Of a stretch of 48,729 bases of DNA, positions 32,532 to 40,712 are shown in pieces. How positions within the stretch are numbered: the first letter of the stretch is position 1; each line of letters begins with the position of its first letter. The stretch covers positions 1-48,729 of the forward strand of contig CAYJOT010000001.1 of the NCBI GenBank assembly GCA_964371935.1, read 5' to 3'. Below the pieces are notes generated by a model that had not been told where the DNA came from, did not search any database, and saw only the letters and a program-made list of their open reading frames with translations. This stretch comes from an uncultured Candidatus Saccharibacteria bacterium (GTDB lineage: Bacteria; Patescibacteriota; Minisyncoccia; Sungbacterales; HO2-52-23). The position numbers and the translations under genes were made by a program.

Positions 32532-33011
32532 CTAATTGCGGAACAATGCATGTTGTTCGCTGTCGAGCGCTTGATTTACTAATCGATCAGCTTCTTTGTT
32601 TTGTTCGCGTGGCACGTGGACAAATACGAGCGTTCCGAAATCAATTCGCAGATTCCAGATTTTGATGAAAAGCGGAAAGAGGCGCTCCTGCTCGATTTTG
32701 TATTCGCCATTGAGCTGGCGGCAGACCAGCTCGCTGTCCATCCGCGCCTCGCACTGCATTGCTTTGATCTTCTCTTTGCCGAACAATGCCCTGACTTTTT
32801 CAAGCGCAAAAATAACCGCGCCATACTCCGCCTCGTTGTTGGTGGCGATCCCGATGACTTTTCCATAACTCTTAAGCATCTGTCCCGTTCCATCATAGAT
32901 CACCACGCCAATCGCGGCCGGCCCCGGGTTGCCGCGGGACCCGCCGTCAGTATAGACAATAATTTTTTCTTTTTTGACTTTGGATTTTGTCATTGATTTG
33001 AAATTTGACAT
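32532..33011 (-). CDS. rnhA: Ribonuclease HI
   Basis: It carries IIVYTDGGSRGNPGPAAIG, NNEAEYGAVIFALEK and MDSELVCRQLNGEYK. The N-terminus MSNFKSMTKSKVKK is encoded by an AT-rich repeat. An alternative ATG lies at 32993. Confidence 0.9.
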   Translation of the reverse strand: MSNFKSMTKSKVKKEKIIVYTDGGSRGNPGPAAIGVVIYDGTGQMLKSYGKVIGIATNNEAEYGAVIFALEKVRALFGKEKIKAMQCEARMDSELVCRQLNGEYKIEQERLFPLFIKIWNLRIDFGTLVFVHVPREQNKEADRLVNQALDSEQHALFRN

Positions 33012-33020
33012 TTGAGCTTT
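32976..33020. repeat. AT-rich repeat unit (TTTGGATTTTGTCATTGATTTGAAATTTGACATTTGAGCTTT family), copy a
   Basis: About 40/45 identical to 33901-33946. It covers the RBS, the start codon and the first codons of rnhA. Confidence 0.8.
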
Positions 33021-33833
33021 CTATTTAAGGTATCCGATCTTTTTCAACCAATAATCATTCTCCCACTCCCAAAGAATTTTTGCCGCAACAAATGCTTTCA
33101 TGTCTTGATGCACGAATGGAAATGCCTTCAACTCCACGTCCCCTTCCCGCTCTCCCCATTCATGCTGTTCATCAGCACACACCGTTTTTTTTGCCGCGCC
33201 CACGCGGTAGTATGGAGTGCGAATTTTCGACCGGCCGCCCTTTTCCCTAAGAGTGGCACTACATTTTTTGCAGATCCGATGCTGGTCGATACGGAGAATC
33301 CAGCGGGTCTCAATATCGCACGGCAAAGACAGCGCGCGCTTTATGTCAAACTCCTGCAGGGCCGTGACGTATGCCGCGGTCTGCAGATTGTATTCGGGAT
33401 AAAATCCGGTTGAGGTCTTGATGTCCAAAACGCCAAACTTGCCGTCCACCCATGCAAGCGCATCAAGCGTGCCCGCATACCGATGGCGCAGAGACCAAAG
33501 GCGCCGCTCAACAAACTCGGGGTGAAACTTAATCTTTCGTTGTTCGTTGAACTTCTGGAACGCGGCTACGCCCGGCTCCACCTCTGCGGGAATCCGCCGC
33601 GGCGGATGCGTACCCGTAAGCAGATTCTGGATGGCCTCGTGCATGAGCGTCCCCTCCGCTGCCGACTTGTTCTTCACCTCGTCGGCGGCTTCATAGCTTC
33701 CCATTTCTTTAAAAAAGTTTTCAAGCGCGGGCTTGGATTTAATCTCCAGGATTTTGGTCACGCGGGGATACCATGTCTCACCAACTGTATATCCGTTCGC
33801 AGTTTTAAAATCTTCACTGTCTTGATATCGCAT
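33021..33833 (-). CDS. PD-(D/E)XK-superfamily nuclease (RecB/Cas4-like fold) with an inserted Cys-rich segment
   Basis: It carries GTLMHEAIQ, YAGTLDALAWVDGKFGVLDIKTS and LQTAAYVTAL. The Cys-rich segment is CKKCSATL...CADEQHEW. Confidence 0.65.
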   Translation of the reverse strand: MRYQDSEDFKTANGYTVGETWYPRVTKILEIKSKPALENFFKEMGSYEAADEVKNKSAAEGTLMHEAIQNLLTGTHPPRRIPAEVEPGVAAFQKFNEQRKIKFHPEFVERRLWSLRHRYAGTLDALAWVDGKFGVLDIKTSTGFYPEYNLQTAAYVTALQEFDIKRALSLPCDIETRWILRIDQHRICKKCSATLREKGGRSKIRTPYYRVGAAKKTVCADEQHEWGEREGDVELKAFPFVHQDMKAFVAAKILWEWENDYWLKKIGYLK

Positions 33834-33853
33834 ACTCGTGGTGGCAAAAGTTT

Positions 33854-33953
33854 AAATATCAAATTCGAAATGTCAAATTAAGCTTAAAACCTCTTCTTTT
33901 GAACTTTGGATTTTGTCATTCATTTGGACTTTGACATTTTGATTTTAGATTTT
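33854..33953. repeat. Inverted pair of AT-rich repeat units (cores AAATGTCAAA and TTTGACATTT) at the pgk / nuclease-gene junction
   Basis: AAATATCAAATTCGAAATGTCAAATT (33854-33879) faces GAACTTTGGATTTTGTCATTCATTTGGACTTTGACATTTTGATTTTAGATTTT (33901-33953). The right unit encodes the Pgk tail KSKIKMSKSK and its stop codon. Confidence 0.8.
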
Positions 33954-35098
33954 CTTAACGCTTCCACCCCCGGCAATTTTTCGCCGGCAAGAAATGCGAG
34001 CATGGCTCCTCCTCCTGCGGACACATGCGTAAACATACGTAAAAGTGTTTTTGCTCCGACGGCCGCAATAACATCGCCGCCCCCCACTACGGAGAGCGCT
34101 TTGGTACCGGCAATGGCACGGGCAAGATTTTTGGTTCCCCGGGCGAATTCAGGAACCTCAACGTATCCGAAAGGCCCGTTCCATACTATGGTTGCCGCAC
34201 GCTTGAGCAGAGAGAAAAAATGCCTGATGCTCCGGTCTCCGATATCTACGATATAGTCGTCGGGACCGACGGTCTTGATATCTTTCACAAATCGTCGGGC
34301 TGATCCGCGAAGATTTTTTACCACCACCACATCACCGGGCATATGGAGCTTTTTATTGCCAAGAAGCGAGGACGCGTTCAATCCGGACTGTACGCCTGAC
34401 TTTGATTTTCCAATCTCTTCCCCCTCCAGCGCATAGATCGTATTGGCTAATATACCGCCGACAATAACCGCATCTGCCGTTTTCAAAAAATGCTTCAGCA
34501 ACGGCATCTTGGTTTCGAGTTTTGCGCCCCCAAGAATCGCCACTAAAGGACGCTTTGGCCGATCGCACACCAGCTCCAGATACCGTATCTCGTTAGCCAA
34601 CGAATGCCCCATGAAGCTCGGAAGTTTGCGCGCCAGCGCGACCATGGATGCGTGGCTGCGATGTGAGTTGGCAAACGCTTCGTTCACATAGAGATCCCCC
34701 CACTGGGCAAGCCGGCTTGCAAACGCGTTGCCATTTGCTTCCTCCTCCGGCCAGAAGCGGATGTTTTCAAAAAGCAGGCACGGTGCCGCGCCATACCGCG
34801 CAAGAGCGGTACTTGCGAACGGATCGGAGACCAAGGGAACTGGCCGTTTAAGCGCGCGCTCAAGATATTGCGCAACCGGCAGCAGCGAGAGCGCTTTTTT
34901 GCGCCTGCCATACGGCCGATCCATATGCGCGATCAACCTAACTTTGGCGCCACGTTTCAGGCACTCGCGTACAGTTGGCAATACTCGGGTAATCCGAAAA
35001 TCATCAACGATTTTCCCGTTCTTGATCCCAATATCAAAATCCGCACGGATCAATATTCGTTTTCCCTTTAGGCCTGATACCGGAAGCGTGTGCAGCAT
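33920..35098 (-). CDS. pgk: Phosphoglycerate kinase
   Basis: A 392-aa ORF that is Pgk-like over its full length (RADFDIG..., VWNGPFGYVEVPEFARGT, GGGDVIAAV). Confidence 0.93.
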   Translation of the reverse strand: MLHTLPVSGLKGKRILIRADFDIGIKNGKIVDDFRITRVLPTVRECLKRGAKVRLIAHMDRPYGRRKKALSLLPVAQYLERALKRPVPLVSDPFASTALARYGAAPCLLFENIRFWPEEEANGNAFASRLAQWGDLYVNEAFANSHRSHASMVALARKLPSFMGHSLANEIRYLELVCDRPKRPLVAILGGAKLETKMPLLKHFLKTADAVIVGGILANTIYALEGEEIGKSKSGVQSGLNASSLLGNKKLHMPGDVVVVKNLRGSARRFVKDIKTVGPDDYIVDIGDRSIRHFFSLLKRAATIVWNGPFGYVEVPEFARGTKNLARAIAGTKALSVVGGGDVIAAVGAKTLLRMFTHVSAGGGAMLAFLAGEKLPGVEALRKSKIKMSKSK

Positions 35099-35106
35099 AT
35101 CTGTCT

Positions 35107-35135
35107 ATTCTACCGCATTTATGCCGCGTTCGCAA
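35107..35135 (-). promoter_or_regulatory. Candidate pgk promoter giving a leaderless or near-leaderless mRNA
   Basis: The minus strand reads TTGCGA (35135-35130), a 17-nt spacer, TAGAAT (35112-35107), then 8 nt to the ATG at 35098. There is no SD. Confidence 0.5.
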
Positions 35136-35140
35136 TATAT

Positions 35141-35174
35141 TCAAAAAGGCGGACAGAGATTATTCTGTACCGCC
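35141..35174 (-). terminator. Intrinsic terminator of the orphan two-gene cassette
   Basis: On the minus-strand RNA the hairpin GGCGGUACAG-AAUAAUCU-CUGUCCGCC is followed by UUUUUGA. It starts directly after the stop at 35176-35178. Confidence 0.8.
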
Positions 35175-35175
35175 C

Positions 35176-35601
35176 CTATGCGTCTTTACTGCGGATACGC
35201 GCTCGCATCTTTTTGCGGGCTTTTTTCCTTTCCTGTTCCCATACGATACGCGTCTCCTGTATCAGTTTCCGAACTCTCGGTGATTCCGGAAGACGGTCCC
35301 CGTTGTGGCGGCGTATGCAGATACCGCATCCAGCCAAGAAATTAGCGTCAAACATGACGCCTAAACCAAGCAGTATCACGCAGGCTCCCTCCTTATCTTC
35401 TGCGGAGAAAAAACCATAGAGCCTGATCGCCGGTCCGCAATTGAGTCTGTCTTGATCGAGCTTTTTTTCGATCTCGGGAATAACCGCTTCCGCAGTCTCG
35501 AGGGTCGAGACACTCCACACCACACCGATGACCGGGATCGGGTTTGTCTTGATCACAGGATGCCGGTCGGACGATCTCCATTGTTTCTGGCGCCTTTTCA
35601 T
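35176..35601 (-). CDS. Hypothetical protein (141 aa) with basic termini
   Basis: The start was set at the ATG at 35601, which forms an ATGA overlap with the upstream gene stop. No recognisable motif. Confidence 0.6.
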   Translation of the reverse strand: MKRRQKQWRSSDRHPVIKTNPIPVIGVVWSVSTLETAEAVIPEIEKKLDQDRLNCGPAIRLYGFFSAEDKEGACVILLGLGVMFDANFLAGCGICIRRHNGDRLPESPRVRKLIQETRIVWEQERKKARKKMRARIRSKDA

Positions 35602-36560
35602 GAGGTGTCTCCTTTCTTGTACCGTCTGATTATTTGAACGAGCAGGTGCGTCTTTAGGATATGTGATGCCCCATGCCGTATTGCAGCGATGCACTGCGTC
35701 AACAGATTTCTTTTGAACAGGGTTATCTCGGCATCCATAGGCGCGCTGTTGTCTTGCAATATGTGCTCTGATTGTTCAACCGCCGCGTGTTCCTGCGCGG
35801 GAGGTAATACCGTATCATGCTGCTCGGTAATCTCCTGTTGTGGGGAAGCGAAATCAGGAACATGATCCACCAATCGTAACCTCTGTATACCATTGCGCTT
35901 CTGCTCTATCGGAATCAAGACACCAAATTCCGCCAGTTGAGCCAACGCATCCGTAATCTGCTGATACATCATGTCGCATCGTTCTTTGATGATGCTATGC
36001 ACATTTGTGACTTCGGCGTAGTCATCATAAAGTCGTGCGCGCTTGTCGTCAGAGGTGGCAACATCTGCAATGATACCATATATGAGCGCGGTCTCTCGAG
36101 TCCAAGGTATTGAGTCTGATGGGATGCAGGTGGAATTATCGCGTTTCTTGAGTACGCGCTGGTCTTCTCTTGTACGAGAGGCATCCGCGAGAATTGGTAT
36201 ATCACGTTCTTTCTGTTGGGAGGCATAATCACTCCACCTAACTACAATTTCTGGTTTCCATTCTTTTACGCGTTGAACAATCTCTCGGCAACATGCCGAT
36301 AATGAACTATCACTTCGCACGATCACCTGATAGCGAACAACACCCTCACTATTACGGAACCGCACAAGTACTACATTTAATACCACTGATGCTTCAAGTA
36401 TTATGTCGCACCTTCTGGTTCCTGCACCAAAGTGTCCCACCTGACGAAAACTCCTGATCGTATGACACTTGTTTAGCACATCACAAAACTTAAGTGCTGT
36501 CCTTGGATATGCTTTTGGATCATGCCCCTTCAACATCTTTCCATAATCGGAACGAGGCAT
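35598..36560 (-). CDS. Hypothetical protein (320 aa)
   Basis: GAAAGGAA lies 7 nt before the ATG. A possible wHTH-like stretch is ITDALAQLAEFGVLIPIEQKRNGIQRLRLV. No confident family assignment. Confidence 0.65.
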   Translation of the reverse strand: MPRSDYGKMLKGHDPKAYPRTALKFCDVLNKCHTIRSFRQVGHFGAGTRRCDIILEASVVLNVVLVRFRNSEGVVRYQVIVRSDSSLSACCREIVQRVKEWKPEIVVRWSDYASQQKERDIPILADASRTREDQRVLKKRDNSTCIPSDSIPWTRETALIYGIIADVATSDDKRARLYDDYAEVTNVHSIIKERCDMMYQQITDALAQLAEFGVLIPIEQKRNGIQRLRLVDHVPDFASPQQEITEQHDTVLPPAQEHAAVEQSEHILQDNSAPMDAEITLFKRNLLTQCIAAIRHGASHILKTHLLVQIIRRYKKGDTS

Positions 36561-36750
36561 ATGAGTTCCTTTCTGTTATCAAGGTGCTTGTCTTTGATTG
36601 GTCACCGATACCTTACGCTCTTTTGGGCGAGTTGTCTATCGTGCGAGAGAGAACAAACGAAAATCCGGGATGAATATGGAAGTCCTTTAAGGTTCTTGAC
36701 CCGCGTCCCCTCTTTACAGCCTGATCGCCGTTCTGAACAATATGGGGACA

Positions 36751-36779
36751 TTGGGAACATAGCATTTTTATGATATACT
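36751..36779 (+). promoter_or_regulatory. Candidate promoter of the NDH-2-like gene, near-leaderless
   Basis: TTGGGA (36751-36756), a 17-nt spacer, TATACT (36774-36779), then 10 nt to the ATG at 36790. There is no SD. Confidence 0.5.
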
Positions 36780-36789
36780 GTCACCTGTT

Positions 36790-37965
36790 ATGACAGAAAC
36801 ACCAAAAACAATCTTGATTGCGGGCGCAGGTTTCGGGGGTATGACTGCAGCACTCAAGCTTGAGCGACAGCTCCGCAATCGTCCGGACTGGAATATTGTT
36901 TTGATCGATAAAAACACCTATCAGCTTTATACCCCGGCCCTTTATGAAATCGCGGCAATACCCAAAGAGGAGGTTGATCCGACCAGCATTACATCCATCA
37001 TCGCAATCCCGATCGCGGATATTATTGCCGGGAAAAAGATCACTTTTGTGCAGGGAGCGTTGACCGGCTTTGACTGCGAGAAGCGATCCGTACGCCTACA
37101 GGGAGGCCGGCAATTCAGTTATGCGTATCTCGTCCTTGCGCTCGGGTCTAAAACAAACTACTTTGATATACATGGACTGCGCGAACACGCCCTGCCGCTC
37201 AAGCGTTTCGAGGATACCGTGGCTATACGAAATAAAATCGAACGCATGCTCACCGAACGGCGCGAGTTAACACTTATCGTCGGAGGCGCCGGCGCCACGG
37301 GCGTTGAGCTCATAGCCGAGCTTTCCAACTTCATACGACACAACCCCGTGTGTCCCGTACGACTTGTCCTGATTGAAGCATCGAGTACTGTTTTGCCGGG
37401 CTTTGACCGGCACATCATACAACGCGCGAACAAGCGCCTTATAAACCTTGGCATCGAAATCTATACGAGTACCCGCATTACCTCGGTGGGTTCAAAAGAA
37501 ATTATACTCGATGATGCAAAAGCAATCCCCTATGATATCATGGTCTGGACCGGAGGTGTGATGGGCAATCCTTTCTCCTGCGCCGTCAACAAGTTCCTGC
37601 AGATCGATGATTATGCGTTTGCCATCGGAGACGCCGCCGAATTCACTGACGCGCAAACCGGCAAAACGCTTCCCCGGAACGTGCCTGTTGCCCAAGCCCA
37701 AGCTCGCGCGGTTGCCCGAAATATCCTCCGCGAAATCGAAGGAAAACCAAAGCTCCCTTTTCGTCCGTCCAAAAGATACCCCTATGTCCTTGCCGTCGGC
37801 AGAAAGTACGCCATCGCCGATCTTATCTTCATCCGCTTCCGGGGCTTTGCGGGCTGGTGCGTCAAACTACTCGTTGAACTGCGCTACCTTCTCTTTATCC
37901 TGCCCCTTCCAAAAGCCATCTCTGTATGGCTCCGCAGCATCCGAGTATACGCCTCGAATGATTAA
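36790..37965 (+). CDS. Type II NADH dehydrogenase-like FAD/NAD(P)-binding oxidoreductase
   Basis: It has two Rossmann motifs (ILIAGAGFGGMTAALKL; LIVGGAGATGVELIAEL) and a hydrophobic C-terminal tail. Confidence 0.85.
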   Translation: MTETPKTILIAGAGFGGMTAALKLERQLRNRPDWNIVLIDKNTYQLYTPALYEIAAIPKEEVDPTSITSIIAIPIADIIAGKKITFVQGALTGFDCEKRSVRLQGGRQFSYAYLVLALGSKTNYFDIHGLREHALPLKRFEDTVAIRNKIERMLTERRELTLIVGGAGATGVELIAELSNFIRHNPVCPVRLVLIEASSTVLPGFDRHIIQRANKRLINLGIEIYTSTRITSVGSKEIILDDAKAIPYDIMVWTGGVMGNPFSCAVNKFLQIDDYAFAIGDAAEFTDAQTGKTLPRNVPVAQAQARAVARNILREIEGKPKLPFRPSKRYPYVLAVGRKYAIADLIFIRFRGFAGWCVKLLVELRYLLFILPLPKAISVWLRSIRVYASND

Positions 37966-38007
37966 CAACATTTTATTCACGATCGTGAGAAGTTTGTTGT
38001 TAATCAT
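37958..38007. repeat. CGATCG-centred palindrome, copy G (class 3)
   Basis: The sequence is AATGATTAACAACATTTTATTCACGATCGTGAGAAGTTTGTTGTTAATCAT. It contains the TAA stop of the NDH-2-like gene and lies between convergent gene ends. It shares ACGATCGTSAGAAGTTTGTT with copy F. Confidence 0.85.
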
Positions 38008-38050
38008 ATAGAACAGGTATAAATCCGGGGCGGGCAGATACACGAGAAAA

Positions 38051-38809
38051 CTATGTGGAAGCAGCGGCAATGATGCGGCCGAATTCTTCCGCGTTCAAAC
38101 TGGCGCTTCCGACAAGTGTGCCCCGCATATGCCCGTCCGTAAGAAAACTTCTGATATTGCCTGCGTTGATTGATCCGCCGTAGATAATCAGGATTCCTTC
38201 TCCGGCAGTTCGACCAAAGATACGGCAAAGAATCTTGCGGATATAGATGTTGCTTTGAAAGGCACTTTCGGGGGTATCCGGACGGCTGTCCGGCATAGTA
38301 CTGATGGCCCAGACCGGCTCATACGCTATAATAAGATTTTTGATCAGAGATTTTTTAATACCCGTAAGCGCCGCTTCAAGCTGATGCGCGACTATCTCGG
38401 ACATTTCGCGGCTTGACTGTTCGCGCTCCCCTACGCAAAGAATCGGCCGGAGACCGTGCTCAAGCAGCGCCCGGATTTTCTTTGCGATCATCTCATCGGT
38501 CTCGCCCAGGAAGATCCGCCGCTCCGAGTGACCTATAATTACGTAGCCGACTTTCAGATTTTTGAGCTGTTGCCATGAGACCTCGCCGGTATACGGGCCT
38601 GCGTCTTCCCAAAACGCATCCTGGCTTCCTAATTTGACGCGCTTCAATATCGGCGCAACCGCAGCCAAAAAGGGATAGGGAGGTGCAATCACGATTTCAA
38701 CATTTCGATACGCAGATGCCGCCAGCTCGGTTTTTTGAGCAAGCGCCAGCGCCTCGCGCAGCGTGGAGGGGTTTACTTTCCAATTTGCGATGATAAGATT
38801 TTTAGGCAC
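38051..38809 (-). CDS. tpiA: Triosephosphate isomerase
   Basis: It carries IIANWKVN, IIGHSERR, IAYEPVWAI and YGGSIN. The start codon is GTG. Confidence 0.92.
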   Translation of the reverse strand: MPKNLIIANWKVNPSTLREALALAQKTELAASAYRNVEIVIAPPYPFLAAVAPILKRVKLGSQDAFWEDAGPYTGEVSWQQLKNLKVGYVIIGHSERRIFLGETDEMIAKKIRALLEHGLRPILCVGEREQSSREMSEIVAHQLEAALTGIKKSLIKNLIIAYEPVWAISTMPDSRPDTPESAFQSNIYIRKILCRIFGRTAGEGILIIYGGSINAGNIRSFLTDGHMRGTLVGSASLNAEEFGRIIAAAST

Positions 38810-38818
38810 AGTTTTACC

Positions 38819-38884
38819 GTCATCCTGAACGCAGTGAAGGATCTCCTGTGTTATAGTGAGATTCTTCGCTTCACTCAGAACGAC
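38819..38884. repeat. Modular REP-like element, copy 2 (imperfect hairpin)
   Basis: The sequence is GTCATCCTGAACGCAGTGAAGGATCTC-CTGTGTTATAGT-GAGATTCTTCGCTTCACTCAGAACGAC. It fills the galT-tpiA spacer. Confidence 0.75.
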
Positions 38885-38890
38885 TAGTTC

Positions 38891-39895
38891 CTATTCTATT
38901 TTAATCTTCCTCAAAAACGCGGCGGCGCTTTCTGGCTTGATGGTGGATATTTCAATGCCGGTGCCGATTTCGAATCCGGCCCAGATAGCGGTTTTGGGCA
39001 GGATCTCGAAGTGCCAATGGTAATGGTCATGCGAACGGCTGTTTTCGACCGGTGCGGTATGTAGAAAAAAATTATAGTCCGGGTTTTTTAATCCGCGATA
39101 GAGTTTTGCGAGCGATATCCGAAGCGTGCGGGCGAAATCACGCTGCTCATCCGGAGCGATATTTTCAAAGCGCGCCTGATGGCTTTTCGGAAAAATACGC
39201 ATCTCAAATGCGGTCCGCGAGGCAAACGGGGCAACGGTCACAAAATGCTTGCCCGCAAAGATTAACCGTTCCTTATTTTTTAGATCATACTGAAGCATAC
39301 TGCAATGCACGCATTTTTTTTCCTTCGTAAAATAGCGCTTCGATCCTTCGAGACTTGATGCGATATCGGGCGGGATTACCGGAATCGCGATGATCTGCGA
39401 GTGCGGATGGCTGATGGATGCTCCGGCAAGTTTGCCGTGATTGTGAAAAAGCGAGATATATCTTACGCATGGATCATCTTGCAGCATATGGAAACGATCC
39501 CGATACATCTGTACAACCAGTTCCGCCTCTCGGTCGGTCATGGCTGCAAACGAGCGGGTATGATCGGCCGTGATTACTACTTCGTGCGATCCGGCTCCGT
39601 TGGTTGTGGTGTATGGTCCTTTTTTAGTGAACACCGCGCAGATACTTTTGCTCGCCTCGCTGAAGCTCCGGCGAAGCGGGTTGAACGCAGGATATTTGTT
39701 CGGGATCGTTTGCACCCACCAGTCCGATCCCGTGGCGCCGGAAAAAAGCTTTTCAAAAGGACAGGTATCTTTTGGCTGTGCGAATGCCGGGCGTTTTGAG
39801 ACAATAAAATCGTTCGGCCGTTTTGAGCGGCCGGTTGCGATCACCACCCAGTCGCCGGATACGAGATCCTGGCGGAGTTCGGAGATGCTTTTCAT
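38891..39895 (-). CDS. galT: Galactose-1-phosphate uridylyltransferase
   Basis: It carries a CPFE zinc-site region and the active-site motif SHPHSQIIA. It forms an ATGA-type overlap with the upstream GT2 gene. Confidence 0.88.
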   Translation of the reverse strand: MKSISELRQDLVSGDWVVIATGRSKRPNDFIVSKRPAFAQPKDTCPFEKLFSGATGSDWWVQTIPNKYPAFNPLRRSFSEASKSICAVFTKKGPYTTTNGAGSHEVVITADHTRSFAAMTDREAELVVQMYRDRFHMLQDDPCVRYISLFHNHGKLAGASISHPHSQIIAIPVIPPDIASSLEGSKRYFTKEKKCVHCSMLQYDLKNKERLIFAGKHFVTVAPFASRTAFEMRIFPKSHQARFENIAPDEQRDFARTLRISLAKLYRGLKNPDYNFFLHTAPVENSRSHDHYHWHFEILPKTAIWAGFEIGTGIEISTIKPESAAAFLRKIKIE

Positions 39896-40623
39896 TGTTC
39901 GTATTTACGGGTAATCAGGTTCCACCGGATGCGGAATACATCAAGAAAAACTTGCAGATATGCTTTGAGCGTCACCTTGCTATCCGCATCGAATTTCCAC
40001 CGGACCGGTATGACGCCGACGCGGTATCCAAATTTTCGGGCAAGAGCCAAAACCTCAATATCAAATGCCCACCCCTGGATTCGCTCGCGGGAAAATATAG
40101 CTTCGGCAGATTCCGCGGTAAATGCCTTAAAACCGTTTTGCGTATCCCAGATTCCCCATACTCCAAATATCTGAATGACTATATTGCCCATATTGCCAAG
40201 CAGTTCCCGGTACCACGGCTCCTCAACATCACGAGAGGCTCCCGGAGCGTCTTTCGGATCGCGCGAAGAGATGACAACGTCGTATCCTTCACGGAACAGC
40301 GGCTCCATGGAGTCAAAATATTTCGGTGCGGTGGAATTATCCGCATCCGAAAAAATTCGTATATCCCCCTTTGCATCGAGCATGCCAAGCCGGACCGTCC
40401 ATCCCTTTCCCTTGTTTATCTCTCCGATCAGCCGCAGGTTTGCAACTTCAGATTTCAACCGTTCGACCACTTCCTTGGTCCCATCCGTAGACGCGGAATC
40501 AACCGCGAGAATTTCATATCCGCCGGAAATATTTTTTGTGCGCAAATATACATCCACTTCGCGAAGCGTTTTCTCAATGCGATGCTCTTCGTTGTGCATT
40601 GGAATGATCCAGGAAAGATACAT
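39892..40623 (-). CDS. Family 2 glycosyltransferase (polyprenyl-phosphate sugar transferase-like)
   Basis: It carries SWIIPMHNEEHRIEKTL, ILAVDSASTDGT and FSDADNS. Confidence 0.85.
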   Translation of the reverse strand: MYLSWIIPMHNEEHRIEKTLREVDVYLRTKNISGGYEILAVDSASTDGTKEVVERLKSEVANLRLIGEINKGKGWTVRLGMLDAKGDIRIFSDADNSTAPKYFDSMEPLFREGYDVVISSRDPKDAPGASRDVEEPWYRELLGNMGNIVIQIFGVWGIWDTQNGFKAFTAESAEAIFSRERIQGWAFDIEVLALARKFGYRVGVIPVRWKFDADSKVTLKAYLQVFLDVFRIRWNLITRKYEQ

Positions 40624-40675
40624 GGAGATAACATAAAACGTAACATATACAACAAAAACTATTTTTTATTTTCTT

Positions 40676-40712
40676 GTTTTATGTTCTACGTTTTATCGTT
40701 TTACGTTTTTTT
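40676..40712. repeat. CGTTTTA-type short tandem repeat tract, locus 1
   Basis: The sequence is GTTTTATGTTCTACGTTTTATCGTTTTACGTTTTTTT. It shares ATCGTTTTACGTT and TTCTACGTTTTA with 48137-48168 in permuted order. GTTTTATGTT pairs with AACATAAAAC at 40630-40639. Confidence 0.75.
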
